This document shows, piece after piece, positions 9,711 to 19,781 of a DNA stretch of 64,000 nucleotides; within the stretch, counting starts at the first letter, position 1, and each line of letters begins with the position of its first letter. The DNA comes from a bacterium. Lineage in GTDB: Bacteria; Zixibacteria; MSB-5A5; GN15; FEB-12. The notes under the pieces were generated by a model. That model did no database searches. It saw only the letters and a list, made by a program, of their open reading frames with translations, and had not been told where the DNA came from. The stretch covers positions 1 through 64,000 of the forward strand of contig JBDRNJ010000044.1 of the NCBI GenBank assembly GCA_043811375.1, in the 5' to 3' direction. The position numbers were made by a program, and so were the translations under genes.

Positions 9711-10676
9711 ATGCCCTTAGTCGTGTTGAACGAAGTGTACGCCGATGCCAACAAGAATCGCTACGCGATCGGACAGTTTAATGTCAGCAACCTGGAGTTC
9801 ACACAGGCTGTTCTGAAAGCTGCCGCAGGGATGAAATCACCGCTGATTCTCGGCGTCTCCACCAGCGGCATCAAGTATGCCGGTCTGCACAATATCGTAG
9901 CCCTGATCAAAACTGCTGCTGAGCAAGTCCCGGTCGAGGTGGCACTGCATCTCGATCATGGTCCGACGGTGGATGTAGTCTGTGAGTGTATCGATGCTGG
10001 CTTCACATCGGTTATGATCGACGGCTCCCATTATCCGCTGGGAGAAAATATACGCATCACCCGCGAAGTAGTCGACTATGCCCACCTGCGAGGGGTCACG
10101 GTCGAGGCGGAGTTGGGGCGGCTGGGCGGAATCGAGGATGACGTCAGTGTCGATGCTAAAGACGCTTTTCTGACAGATCCCGACGAGGCCTGCCGTTTCG
10201 TCGAGGAAAGTGGTTGTGACGCGCTGGCGGTTGCCGTCGGGACCAGCCATGGGGCATACAAATTCAAGGACGAGGCTCGACTTGACTTTGACCGTATCAA
10301 GGTCATCAAAGAGCGTCTGGGAATTCCCCTCGTCTTGCACGGAGCCAGTGGCGTTCCTCGGGAACTGACGCAGAAACTGGTACAGTATGGCGGCAGGATC
10401 GCCGACGCCAGGGGGGTTCCGGATGAAGCTTATCAACGGGCAATCGAGTGTGGTATCAACAAGATAAATATCGATACCGACCTGCGATTGGCTTACACGG
10501 CATCTCTGCGACAGGTGCTGGCCACACAACCGGAACTGTTTGATCCCAGGAAAATCAATCAACCCACCAGATTAGCTGTGGAGGAAGTTGTCAGGCAAAA
10601 GATCAAATTGTTCGGCAGCCAGGGCAAAGCCCGACAGCAGCACCGGGGAGAAATAATCCATGCCGGCAGTGCTTGA
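9711..10676 (+). CDS. fba: Class II fructose-1,6-bisphosphate aldolase
   Basis: HLDHG, SVMIDGSH, VEAELG, GTSHGAYK, LVLHGASG and KINIDTD. Confidence 0.97.
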   Translation: MPLVVLNEVYADANKNRYAIGQFNVSNLEFTQAVLKAAAGMKSPLILGVSTSGIKYAGLHNIVALIKTAAEQVPVEVALHLDHGPTVDVVCECIDAGFTSVMIDGSHYPLGENIRITREVVDYAHLRGVTVEAELGRLGGIEDDVSVDAKDAFLTDPDEACRFVEESGCDALAVAVGTSHGAYKFKDEARLDFDRIKVIKERLGIPLVLHGASGVPRELTQKLVQYGGRIADARGVPDEAYQRAIECGINKINIDTDLRLAYTASLRQVLATQPELFDPRKINQPTRLAVEEVVRQKIKLFGSQGKARQQHRGEIIHAGSA

Positions 10677-10832
10677 GTCTATCGACAGCAACGGAGTTCT
10701 TACCGGGACAACGGCCAGCTGAACAAGACTATCATCAAATAACCAGTGGTCGTCTTGCTTTATGAGCGGTCAGGAATCCTTTCCTGATCGCACCACGTGT
10801 AGCCGTCAGCTTATCGATCCCTTATGGGCCGA

Positions 10833-12155
10833 TCAGAAGTAAACCCGAAACGATGTATAGTACATATCCGGGTAGCCGCCGAACTCCGAACGCCACCTGA
10901 CTTGATCCGCCTGACTTCCGTTGGTAGATGATCGCGGCGAGCTACCGACGCCGATATAAGCCCCGATAGCTAAATAAACATCCTGCGCCAGGCTATAGTC
11001 GATACCGGGTACCAGCAGAACGGAGGGGTCCGTCAGGTTTACCAGCGCTTCACCGCCGACCGTCAGCAACGGCGTGGCCGGTATGGATATCCCGGGGACA
11101 AAATAGTGACGGCCCATCAGGAAAGTTCCCCCGTCTGTGTATGCCGCCGTTGACAGGTTATCCAGGTAATCTCTTGTCCGGCGAGCACCCGGCCCGTTGT
11201 AGTGATACTCCGCAAACAGGTAAATACCACCCCAGAGGCTGTAGTCACAACCGACCGATCCGCGGAAGTAATCAGCGCCATCGTCAACTTCATCTTCATT
11301 CAATGCTGCGAGCAGGACCGTGGCGCCTTCCATCCAGAATCCGGCTCCTCCGAAAGGTCGGGTAACATCCCAGCCTAACAACAGGTGTTCCCGGAACGCC
11401 ACGGCCATCAGTGACAGATCGGTACGTCCCACGTAGAACTTCGTGCGGGCATACGCAGCACTGCGCGAGAAACGGCCCTCATCTCCAAACACGTAACCGG
11501 CATCAATCTCCGCCATGAATCCTAACGGCACCCGCACACGTACGGCATCCACTCCGACCCGATCCTCCGTGTCCAGTTCACCATAATTGAAAGGAACGAA
11601 CACATCAGTGGGGTTTATGGCATGACCCGAACCCCAGGCGATAGCCTGTCTGCCGATGTAGACGTCAAAACCGGATGCCTTCACCGTAAGGACCGCCCGG
11701 TCGAGATTGTGCATCACGGCAAAGCTGCCGACCGTATCCGAAAGAGCGGGGTAGAGTCGCCGGTCAAGATCGGTAAGACGGTAGCTGCCCGGTTCCACAT
11801 TTCCCCGGAAGGACGTTTCATCAAACAGGCCGGGGTCCTGTACCCGGGGAGCGAGATCATAGGCCAGGTTAAAATCGATCCGGTTGGACAGTCGCAAACG
11901 TCCCTCCAGCCGCAGCCGGTTGTTGACCGACCCTGTCGTCGGCTGGCTGCTTTCAGCCCCGCATCCCTTGCAGGCGGACTGGTCAAAAGCGACGAAGAAG
12001 CTCTTGTAATAACCTTTCACAGTCACCTTGTTGGACGCCGCCACCGGCACTGCCGTACCGGCAACTATAGCGTAAACTACAGTTGCCATTATAGCTGTGC
12101 GTAATAAGTGTCGGAGCAACACCAGCAGTTCCCGTACTGTTGGTTTCAGCAGCAT
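10833..12155 (-). CDS. Hypothetical outer-membrane beta-barrel protein
   Basis: Signal-like N-terminus, GRQAIAWG..INPTD motif, alternating aromatic strands and C-terminal ...RVYF. Last gene of a LolA-like/ABC operon. Confidence 0.75.
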   Translation of the reverse strand: MLLKPTVRELLVLLRHLLRTAIMATVVYAIVAGTAVPVAASNKVTVKGYYKSFFVAFDQSACKGCGAESSQPTTGSVNNRLRLEGRLRLSNRIDFNLAYDLAPRVQDPGLFDETSFRGNVEPGSYRLTDLDRRLYPALSDTVGSFAVMHNLDRAVLTVKASGFDVYIGRQAIAWGSGHAINPTDVFVPFNYGELDTEDRVGVDAVRVRVPLGFMAEIDAGYVFGDEGRFSRSAAYARTKFYVGRTDLSLMAVAFREHLLLGWDVTRPFGGAGFWMEGATVLLAALNEDEVDDGADYFRGSVGCDYSLWGGIYLFAEYHYNGPGARRTRDYLDNLSTAAYTDGGTFLMGRHYFVPGISIPATPLLTVGGEALVNLTDPSVLLVPGIDYSLAQDVYLAIGAYIGVGSSPRSSTNGSQADQVRWRSEFGGYPDMYYTSFRVYF

Positions 12156-12871
12156 TAGTCGGTTATCTCAGGGCGAGATTCATCGCCGGCTACCCGACCA
12201 TCTTCGAGGGTTACCAGCCGTCGAGCGCGTTCCATGATCTTAGTGTCGTGGGTAGAAAAGAGATAGGTGGTGCCGTGACTCCGATTCAGGTTGCGCATCA
12301 TCTCAATCAGTTCGATACCGGTTTTGGAATCGAGGTTGGCGGTAGGCTCATCGGCCAGCACCAGGGTCGGGCGGGAAACCATCGCCCGCGCCACCGCCAC
12401 CCGCTGCTGCTGCCCGCCGGAGAGTTTCGGGGGCAATCGATGGGCAAATCCTTCCAGCCCCAACTCCGTGAGAATCCCCGCCACCCGGGTGTGTCTCTCT
12501 TTTTTGGACACGCCTTGCAGCAGCATGATGTACTCGATATTTTCCTGCACCGTTAGCACCGGGATCAGGTTGTAAGCCTGAAAAATGAACCCGATGTTGT
12601 CCCGCCGAAAGTCGGAAAGCTCTTTCCCGCTCATCTCTGACAGAAGTTTATTATTGAGCCGGACTTCACCCTCACTGGTTGTGTCGAGACCGGAGATGAT
12701 ATTGAGGAAAGTAGTTTTCCCCGACCCGGAAGGTCCGACTATCGCGGTGAATTCGCCCTTTTGAATCGTCAGGTCGATACCCCGGAGAGCCCTGACCGGT
12801 ACACCGTGGTCGGAGTATTCCTTGGTCACGCTTTTGGCAACGATTATATTTTCACCAGTATTGTTATTCAT
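12155..12871 (-). CDS. ABC transporter ATP-binding protein (LolD/MacB-like)
   Basis: [18 protein letters not shown] and [10 protein letters not shown]. Confidence 0.95.
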   Translation of the reverse strand: MNNNTGENIIVAKSVTKEYSDHGVPVRALRGIDLTIQKGEFTAIVGPSGSGKTTFLNIISGLDTTSEGEVRLNNKLLSEMSGKELSDFRRDNIGFIFQAYNLIPVLTVQENIEYIMLLQGVSKKERHTRVAGILTELGLEGFAHRLPPKLSGGQQQRVAVARAMVSRPTLVLADEPTANLDSKTGIELIEMMRNLNRSHGTTYLFSTHDTKIMERARRLVTLEDGRVAGDESRPEITD

Positions 12872-12881
12872 TTTCGTTTCC

Positions 12882-14108
12882 TCAAAAGCTGCGCCTCATT
12901 GCTTTGACCGGGTTCATCCGGGCTGCATACAGGGCTGGATACAGACCGATCAGGGTGGTTATGACAAAAACCCAGAGGGGGAAATAGATGTATTGTTCAA
13001 ACTGCATGACCGGGTAGAGCAATTCCCGAAAAGTCATACCCGCGTATTCGATGCCGGTATAATCGATACCTATCTGAGTAAAGATGTAGGTTACGATAAA
13101 ACCGAGAACAACGCCCAGTACGATACTGACCACGCTCAGTGAGGCGGCTTCAAAAAGGATCAGGCGGGCAAGAAGCATGGGCCGGGTGCCGACGGCGCGC
13201 ATGACACCGAACTCAAACATCCGTTCGTGCAGCGACATAAAGAGGGTGTTGACAATTCCCACCGCTACGACGACAAAAAGAATCAGTCCGACTATCCAGG
13301 TAGAGAAGCTTGACAGTTCAAAAGCCGCCTCGAGTTCCGGCAGCAACTCTGTCCATCCTGACGCTTCGTTGTCTCCTGTTGAATATGAGTCCCAGAAGGG
13401 GAGACTTTTGGTTCGACCGTATTCCGTGTCAGTGAATATGATCGCGATTTCGTGGGCTGCTCCCTCAAGGTTGAGCATATCGCGTGCTTTGTCCAGCCTG
13501 ACAAAAGCCATCGCTTTGTCCATCTCGCTGACATTGAAGTGATAGATGCCCGAAATACGAAACATCTCCTGCGCCAGATCACCAGTGTGTGCTTCCGCCG
13601 CCGTCAGGACCACGCGATCACCCAACTGAACTTCCAGCAACTCAGCTAATTTGCTGCCTATGAGAATATCACGCTCATCATCGCCGTCAAAATAGGCACC
13701 CTCGATAAGAGCTTCGTCAACCTGTGACAGGTGCCTCTCTGTAGCCGGCTCGATACCAACCATAGATACGGCACTCAAATTTGAAGGAGAGTTGATCATG
13801 GCGAAGTTCAGAGTCCGGAGTGTGAATCGGTTGACGATAGTCTCCTTCTCCAGTCGAGCCGTAATCTCGTCAAGATGCGCTATTGTTTTCTCGACCTCGA
13901 AAGTTTCACTGAACCCTTCACGGTGAATTTGTCCCTCCCCTAAAAACGATGCCGTCGCCGAGCGGATCATATTTCGCTCCATACCGATTATGAGAGCATC
14001 GACGTAGATCAGCGCCGCCAATCCGATACCGATAGCGGTCCCTGCAATGAAAGTTCGCCGCTTGTTGCGGAAGAGGTTTCGCCAGGCAAGTTTCAGGTAG
14101 AGCAGCAT
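12882..14108 (-). CDS. ABC transporter permease (LolC/E, FtsX/MacB family)
   Basis: LAWRNLFRNKRRT, large periplasmic loop, ERMFEFGVMRAVG and C-terminal TMs. Confidence 0.92.
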   Translation of the reverse strand: MLLYLKLAWRNLFRNKRRTFIAGTAIGIGLAALIYVDALIIGMERNMIRSATASFLGEGQIHREGFSETFEVEKTIAHLDEITARLEKETIVNRFTLRTLNFAMINSPSNLSAVSMVGIEPATERHLSQVDEALIEGAYFDGDDERDILIGSKLAELLEVQLGDRVVLTAAEAHTGDLAQEMFRISGIYHFNVSEMDKAMAFVRLDKARDMLNLEGAAHEIAIIFTDTEYGRTKSLPFWDSYSTGDNEASGWTELLPELEAAFELSSFSTWIVGLILFVVVAVGIVNTLFMSLHERMFEFGVMRAVGTRPMLLARLILFEAASLSVVSIVLGVVLGFIVTYIFTQIGIDYTGIEYAGMTFRELLYPVMQFEQYIYFPLWVFVITTLIGLYPALYAARMNPVKAMRRSF

Positions 14109-14120
14109 CGCTTTCGTCTC

Positions 14121-15338
14121 CTAATGCATTCTCATCGCCCGTGCCGGCGCGACCCGCGCCGCTTTGGTTGCCGGGAAAATAGCAACAAACATAGCTGAAA
14201 TAACAACGCACAGGGCCGGGATATAGAAACTGCGAGCATTAATCTCGGTGTACATTTTGCGGAATTCGACACCGCCGTACATAAACGGTTTGGGCATGGC
14301 CACACCTTGAATCGAAAGTCCATAGTTGATGGCGTAACTCAAACCGACAGCAAGGATAATACTGATGATCGCCATAACGAACACTTCCATCAGCACCAGC
14401 CCAAAAATCTGCCCCGGTCCGGTGCCGACGGCCCGCAGAACACCATACTCCCGCGTTCGCTCAAGGACCGTCATCAGGACTGTGTTCAATACGCCCACCG
14501 CAACCACCAGGATGATTATGCCCAGCATTATCCATCCACCCTGCTGATCGGCCTTCATTGCCTGGTAGAACTGTTTGGCGAACTCCTGCCAGGGGGCAAC
14601 AGCCAGATCAGGATCGGCAATAACCATTTTTATATCATCTACGAGGTAAGAGATGATATCCAGGTCTTCGCCGACGATAGAGATTTCGTGTATTCGTCCC
14701 TCTAACACCAAAAGTTCCTGGGCGTCGGCAAGATGCAGGTAAAAAGAGCTTTGATCGGTCATCTTGTTCCCGCTGGAAACAAGACCAACGATGGTATACA
14801 AGTCGTTGGCAATCGAACCGTCCGCACCCTGCGAAACGATAACAGCCTCATCGCCCACATCGGTCTTGAGTATCTTCGCCAGACCTTCGCCTATCAGCGC
14901 TTCATGCGCCGGTTCATCCGAAAACATACGGCCCCGGGCGATCTTTTTATCAAATTGAGTGGCGGTCTGCTCCAGTTGAGGTTCGATTCCGATAATCCTG
15001 GCGCCGGAGCTCTTTTCTCCTACCGAGATCAATCCGGCGGAATAAAGACGCGGCGTCCAGGATTCGACTCCGGCTACGTCTGCGATGAGCTTGCCTGCCG
15101 TCTCGTATTGATCGATTGTCTTGTAAAGCGCCGGATGATCGAGATATCCCCGCTGGTGGATCTGGATATGACCCATTTGATTGCGGGTGAACATGTCGAT
15201 GATGTTGTTGTAGGTGCCGTCTGACCAGGCGATTGATAACGAGGCCAGGGTAAAACCGATTAGCATGGTTAGCACGGTCAACAGGGTCCGCCGTTTCTGA
15301 CGGAAGACGTTGCGAAAGGCTATCTTGACCAGAAGCAT
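14121..15338 (-). CDS. ABC transporter permease (LolC/E, FtsX/MacB family)
   Basis: IAFRNVFRQKRRT and ERTREYGVLRAVG; paralog of the neighbouring permease. Confidence 0.92.
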   Translation of the reverse strand: MLLVKIAFRNVFRQKRRTLLTVLTMLIGFTLASLSIAWSDGTYNNIIDMFTRNQMGHIQIHQRGYLDHPALYKTIDQYETAGKLIADVAGVESWTPRLYSAGLISVGEKSSGARIIGIEPQLEQTATQFDKKIARGRMFSDEPAHEALIGEGLAKILKTDVGDEAVIVSQGADGSIANDLYTIVGLVSSGNKMTDQSSFYLHLADAQELLVLEGRIHEISIVGEDLDIISYLVDDIKMVIADPDLAVAPWQEFAKQFYQAMKADQQGGWIMLGIIILVVAVGVLNTVLMTVLERTREYGVLRAVGTGPGQIFGLVLMEVFVMAIISIILAVGLSYAINYGLSIQGVAMPKPFMYGGVEFRKMYTEINARSFYIPALCVVISAMFVAIFPATKAARVAPARAMRMH

Positions 15339-15350
15339 CGCGGATGCTCC

Positions 15351-16127
15351 TTATTCCGACGAACGGAGATTCCTCAAAGAGAAGATACCATCATCAACTT
15401 TGCGGTCGAAGTCGAGCTGCAAATAGCGGATGACAGTCTTGTGCCCCTCTTTGGCCTGGGGAACCATTTCCATTTCTGCCGGTAAGGTACGTTTGCCGAA
15501 TGATCTTATGTTCTTGTACCGCATGACACGCATCAGCTTGCCTTTTTCATCGTAGTACTTCTGCCAGACAGGAAGGTGATCGCTCCTGCGGGCCGCTATC
15601 ACAATGTTGCCCCAGACAATCGGCAGGTCTTCACGCGGAATGCAGTTGACATAGATCAGGTCATTATCAGCGCTGTCAACAGTAATCAATTCGTAGGAAT
15701 AATCCTCGAAAAGGGAAAACTCCTTGACCAGATCGTCATTGGTGAAATCCGAGCCCATCCACGAGCTCATCATCATCGACGGCGGAATCTTGATCACTTT
15801 GTTGGTCTTGGGCAGGTAGTTCCACATCTCGTTGTCGATACGCAGCGTAGCCACGCCGTTTTCCTTCTGAGGTGCGGTGATGCGAAGGAAGGTCCTGTCC
15901 AGGCCTTCCGTCCAGCATTTCATAGCCAGAGTCCGTTGCCAGCGAGGTGTGACGATTTCCATCTCAATCTCAGAATAACTGGAAGAACTGCGATAGAGCT
16001 GATCAATGTCCCTGATTATCTGTTTGACATCGTTGATTGTCTCGTCAGTCTGAGTACCTGCCGTCGGCAAGATCAGGAATACTGTCAGGAAAACGGTAAT
16101 GCTGCCGATCGATCGTCTCATCAGCAT
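15351..16127 (-). CDS. Outer membrane lipoprotein-sorting protein (LolA-like)
   Basis: Signal peptide; MWNYLP and SWMGSDFTNDD motifs. ATG 16127 follows RBS AGAGGA. Confidence 0.85.
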   Translation of the reverse strand: MLMRRSIGSITVFLTVFLILPTAGTQTDETINDVKQIIRDIDQLYRSSSSYSEIEMEIVTPRWQRTLAMKCWTEGLDRTFLRITAPQKENGVATLRIDNEMWNYLPKTNKVIKIPPSMMMSSWMGSDFTNDDLVKEFSLFEDYSYELITVDSADNDLIYVNCIPREDLPIVWGNIVIAARRSDHLPVWQKYYDEKGKLMRVMRYKNIRSFGKRTLPAEMEMVPQAKEGHKTVIRYLQLDFDRKVDDGIFSLRNLRSSE

Positions 16128-16155
16128 CGTCCTCTTATCTTCACTTACCCCTACT

Positions 16156-16286
16156 GGGCTTGTTGATAAACATAACAAACGTCATAGCGAGGAGCGAAGC
16201 GACGTGGCTATCTCGTTGACATTCAATATCCGAGATTGCCACGCTGTCGCTCGCAATGACGAGAACAGGACTTTTTCAACAAGCCC
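16156..16286. mobile_element. MITE (131 bp) with IS-like terminal repeats and an internal REP-like doublet
   Basis: Ends GGGCTTGTTGATAAA and TTTTTCAACAAGCCC; 4-bp duplication TACT on both sides (16152-16155, 16287-16290). Internal inverted pair GTCATAGCGAG...GTGGCTATCTC / GAGATTGCCAC...CTCGCAATGAC. Confidence 0.85.
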
Positions 16287-16385
16287 TACTCACTGGGCTC
16301 AACGATAATTTATCAACTTAGATTGCACAAGTTTATTTACGACTGAAGGAACGAGTGATTGGAAGAGAATGATTGCAGTCGGCCC

Positions 16386-18113
16386 CTACCGAATCTCAAA
16401 CCTGATACCGGCCGTCTCAAACCGGGAGCGGACACTGATCGTATCCGGGTAGCTGGCCGATGTCTCCGCCAGGTGAAAGGGAGATATTGAGCCAACTCCC
16501 CGGGCGCCGTCCAGGTCGGAGTCGACAAATCCGGACAGCAGATACTTGCCCGACGGGACATCAATTGTAAACGCCCGGTCGGTCACGGACAGATCAAACA
16601 TCTGGCTCGATCCCACTTTCTTGAAAGACAACACCGCCGGACTGTCCTGCTGCCCCTCGATAGCAATCACCACTTCCCCGGAGATCGACCCCAGAGTGGA
16701 ACTGTTCAGGGTGGAGAAAGAGTGCTGTTTGAGACTGTCACCGAGCATATTGCCGGCCGCATCGGCGATCTCAAACTCGGCCACCGTCAGTGTGTATGAC
16801 GTGCCCTCATTCAAATCGGACGGTAGCAGCAGCAGGTGGAAAGGATCGCGCCACATAAGAGTCAGGGGAATGTTTTGTTCTTTGTCGTCCTGAAGCACAA
16901 AAGTTTCGCCGGTTAATCCGGTGGTGTCCAGCGGTTCGGAAAAAACCAGTTGCAGTTCGACATCCTCGACGAATCGGGGCGCCGGGTCGGGGTAAAAGCG
17001 TTCGATAACGGGAGGCTTCTGGTCGTCTGCGACTGCGGATTCAATCCCGGCGTAGGTCATGGCCGACTGGGTCAGATCGAACATCAGTTCCAGGTCGTAA
17101 ACACCCTCAGACAGGCTGTCAAAATGCGCGTGTAGAACCGTTGTTTTCTCGAGGTCACACTCCGGAAACGATCCGGCCACACTAACCTGACCGCTGTCCG
17201 TTTGACTTGACAGCAACAGGTTTGACGGATTCTGACACAGGATATCCAGTTCAATCGACCGCGACATACGGATTTTCAACAGTCCCCCGGCTGTGAAAGC
17301 GGCGGAGATTATTTCGGTAGTGACTGTATCCTGAGTCGTCAGCATCAGTTCCAGGTTGTCTACCGGCACTTTACCACCGGGAACAATCGGACGGTCGGGC
17401 AGGGCAAACGATTCCCGCGATGGATTAAAACGTTCGTCCCGGTTTTTGTCCTCGAATGCTACCAGGCGGTACTCGCGAGACGGAAGATACTGAAACGTGA
17501 AGCCCCCTTCCTGGTTGGACCTGGTCAGGTAGTCGGGGTACAGTGAATCCAGGATGGTTGTCGTGTCGTCAAAGACGGTCGCCCGATATAGTCCCACCAT
17601 CAGCCCGGCTCGCGGTTTGTCGGCCGCGAATACCCGGCCGGAGACAACACCGGAGTCGATAAAAGCTCCGGTCGAAAAGGCGATCATTACCGAACTGTCG
17701 AGTTTGTTGCCGCGCAGATCGACAATGTCGGCGCTCAGCGACACGATGTAGGTCTCATCGGTGCGGAAAGTGTCCGGCAGGACGATCTCCAGCCGATCCG
17801 ATTTCCATTTGAGCCTGGGCTCCTGAAGGGGACGGGGCGATATAAACACAGCCTTGCCGGTGCGTGGACTGACAACCCGCTCGGAAAAAAAGAGCTCGAT
17901 GACTCGATCCGGGGTTACCTCGGTCGCTTTGTCGGCCGGGACCGATCCCATCAGAAGCGGACGCAACTTGTCGGCTTCGCCTCCGGGTGGGGGAGCCACC
18001 TCGGCGCAGGAGATCAAACCGGCGATCAAAGTTGACAAGATTAGAAATAGATATCGGATCGGGTTGCCCCTGTGCAGCCGTTTAAGGACCGAGTTTTTGC
18101 TTGATCTGTTCAT
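16386..18113 (-). CDS. Ig-like (Big_5-type) domain lipoprotein
   Basis: Lipobox LISC followed by AEVAPPPGGEAD; two Ig-like repeats (FSE..., IxDxxGN); EF-hand-like DKNRDERFN. Start uncertain. Confidence 0.8.
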   Translation of the reverse strand: MNRSSKNSVLKRLHRGNPIRYLFLILSTLIAGLISCAEVAPPPGGEADKLRPLLMGSVPADKATEVTPDRVIELFFSERVVSPRTGKAVFISPRPLQEPRLKWKSDRLEIVLPDTFRTDETYIVSLSADIVDLRGNKLDSSVMIAFSTGAFIDSGVVSGRVFAADKPRAGLMVGLYRATVFDDTTTILDSLYPDYLTRSNQEGGFTFQYLPSREYRLVAFEDKNRDERFNPSRESFALPDRPIVPGGKVPVDNLELMLTTQDTVTTEIISAAFTAGGLLKIRMSRSIELDILCQNPSNLLLSSQTDSGQVSVAGSFPECDLEKTTVLHAHFDSLSEGVYDLELMFDLTQSAMTYAGIESAVADDQKPPVIERFYPDPAPRFVEDVELQLVFSEPLDTTGLTGETFVLQDDKEQNIPLTLMWRDPFHLLLLPSDLNEGTSYTLTVAEFEIADAAGNMLGDSLKQHSFSTLNSSTLGSISGEVVIAIEGQQDSPAVLSFKKVGSSQMFDLSVTDRAFTIDVPSGKYLLSGFVDSDLDGARGVGSISPFHLAETSASYPDTISVRSRFETAGIRFEIR

Positions 18114-19719
18114 TATCCGGGTCTAAGTCCAACGCCTTTTGCCACCAGGTGCGAGCCTTATGTGATTCACCCACTGCCTGATATACATCTCCCAGATGAT
18201 CGAAAATTACCGGGTCACTGTCAAGTGTTACCGCTTTTTCAAGGTGGATAAGCGCTTCGGTATAATCACCCAGGCGATAGTGGACCCACCCGTAGCTGTC
18301 AAGATAGGCAGCGTTGTCCGGTTCATGAGACACGGCGCGGGCGATCAACTCGCGAGCATAATTCAGCCGCTCACCCCGATCGGCCAGCATGTATCCCAGG
18401 TAGTTGAGCGCCTCATCGTAGTCCGGGTGACCCGCGACAAGTTCCTCAAATGTCGCTAACGCTTCGTCAATCCGACCGTAGCGCTCGTGGGCGGCGCCCA
18501 GCGCCAACAGCAGTCGCGACCGTCCCGTGTCGTCCCGCATATGACTGAGACCGGTCTGGTAGGTCTCTATCTCTTTATCATGTTGACCCAGTTCCCGGTA
18601 TACATAGCCCAGGTCAAGCCACGATTCGTACAAGGAGTCGGACAACTGGGTCAGCAATGTGAATTGCTGAAGGGCTCGATCGAAATTATCACGCCGAACT
18701 GCAATGCGGCCCAGATAGAAGTGATTGGCCGGGTGAGGCCGGCCGTTTTCAGCCAGTTGACTGAATATCGAGTCGGACTGCTGAAGAGAATCCAGCCAGT
18801 AGTACAGCATACCCAGCCGCCGGGAGGCACCCTCGTCCAGAGGCGTCAATTCCACCTCGCGCCAGGCGTGATAAAGAGCCTTATCCAATGAGTCCAGACT
18901 TGTATATAGTCCCCGTAAGCACCGATGGGCAACCACATTAGATGGCGCAACATCAACCGCAGCATTAAATACTGTCAGTGCCGACTCGGGTTGCTGGTTG
19001 GCTTCGTACAGATTACCCAAACCGATGAAAGCGGCAATATTGTTCTGACCGCTGTTGATATCGATCGACTTTTGATATGACTGCCTGGCCTCTTCGTATC
19101 TGCCAGCCTGGGCCTGCAACATACCCAGTTCTCCACTCAGACGGTACTGGTGAGGCCGCAGCCGGGTCAGGTTTTCGTAGGCCCATATCAGGGAATCGAG
19201 GTTGTTCAGGCGGCGGTAGGTGCCGGCCAGGTAGGCGTACGCCCGCGATTGTGTTGAGTCGAGCGCCACCAACTTCAGGTAACAAATCCGGGCCGAGTCC
19301 TCAGCCCCGGTAGCAGAGTATGTAATGGCCCGCAACTGCCAGACGGCCGTATCCTCGGGTATGATGGGTGCCAGTACCGACAGTCCCCTTTGGTATTCCT
19401 GTAGCTTGTGAAGGTGGCCGGCCAGGGAAAACCGAATCTCGTACGAACCGGGGCAATATCGCAGTGCCCTGGAGTAGTAAGTTGCCGCCTGATAGGGGTT
19501 GCCCATCTGCTCATAGAGTACGGCCTGGACATAGTAGGCAAAAGCTTCCGGGCGTATCTGCTCGTCGGCAGGTTCCGAAGCCCTCTCGGTCGTGGTCTCG
19601 ATGACGGACATCCTGGTCGGGGTCTCGGCTGCTGTCTGTTTGTGCAGGGTGGAGGAGCAACCGGTTACCAGCACCGGCAGCAACATTATACCAACAATTT
19701 TCAGCAACTCTCGGATCAT
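18082..19719 (-). CDS. Tetratricopeptide repeat lipoprotein
   Basis: Lipobox VTGC, many TPRs, and C-terminal ALNYLGYMLAD...YLDSYGWVHY...DHLGDVY. Confidence 0.9.
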   Translation of the reverse strand: MIRELLKIVGIMLLPVLVTGCSSTLHKQTAAETPTRMSVIETTTERASEPADEQIRPEAFAYYVQAVLYEQMGNPYQAATYYSRALRYCPGSYEIRFSLAGHLHKLQEYQRGLSVLAPIIPEDTAVWQLRAITYSATGAEDSARICYLKLVALDSTQSRAYAYLAGTYRRLNNLDSLIWAYENLTRLRPHQYRLSGELGMLQAQAGRYEEARQSYQKSIDINSGQNNIAAFIGLGNLYEANQQPESALTVFNAAVDVAPSNVVAHRCLRGLYTSLDSLDKALYHAWREVELTPLDEGASRRLGMLYYWLDSLQQSDSIFSQLAENGRPHPANHFYLGRIAVRRDNFDRALQQFTLLTQLSDSLYESWLDLGYVYRELGQHDKEIETYQTGLSHMRDDTGRSRLLLALGAAHERYGRIDEALATFEELVAGHPDYDEALNYLGYMLADRGERLNYARELIARAVSHEPDNAAYLDSYGWVHYRLGDYTEALIHLEKAVTLDSDPVIFDHLGDVYQAVGESHKARTWWQKALDLDPDNEQIKQKLGP

Positions 19720-19781
19720 GTTCTTTTGTACAAATTCTGGAGAGTTTCGCATCAACGAAAGTGCCGCCGGCCGGGGAGATT

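Noticed and set aside
10660..10722. 20-aa ORF MPAVLESIDSNGVLTGTTAS overlapping the fba stop, with RBS-like GGGGAG
   Set aside because: Too short and without motif; cannot be distinguished from chance.
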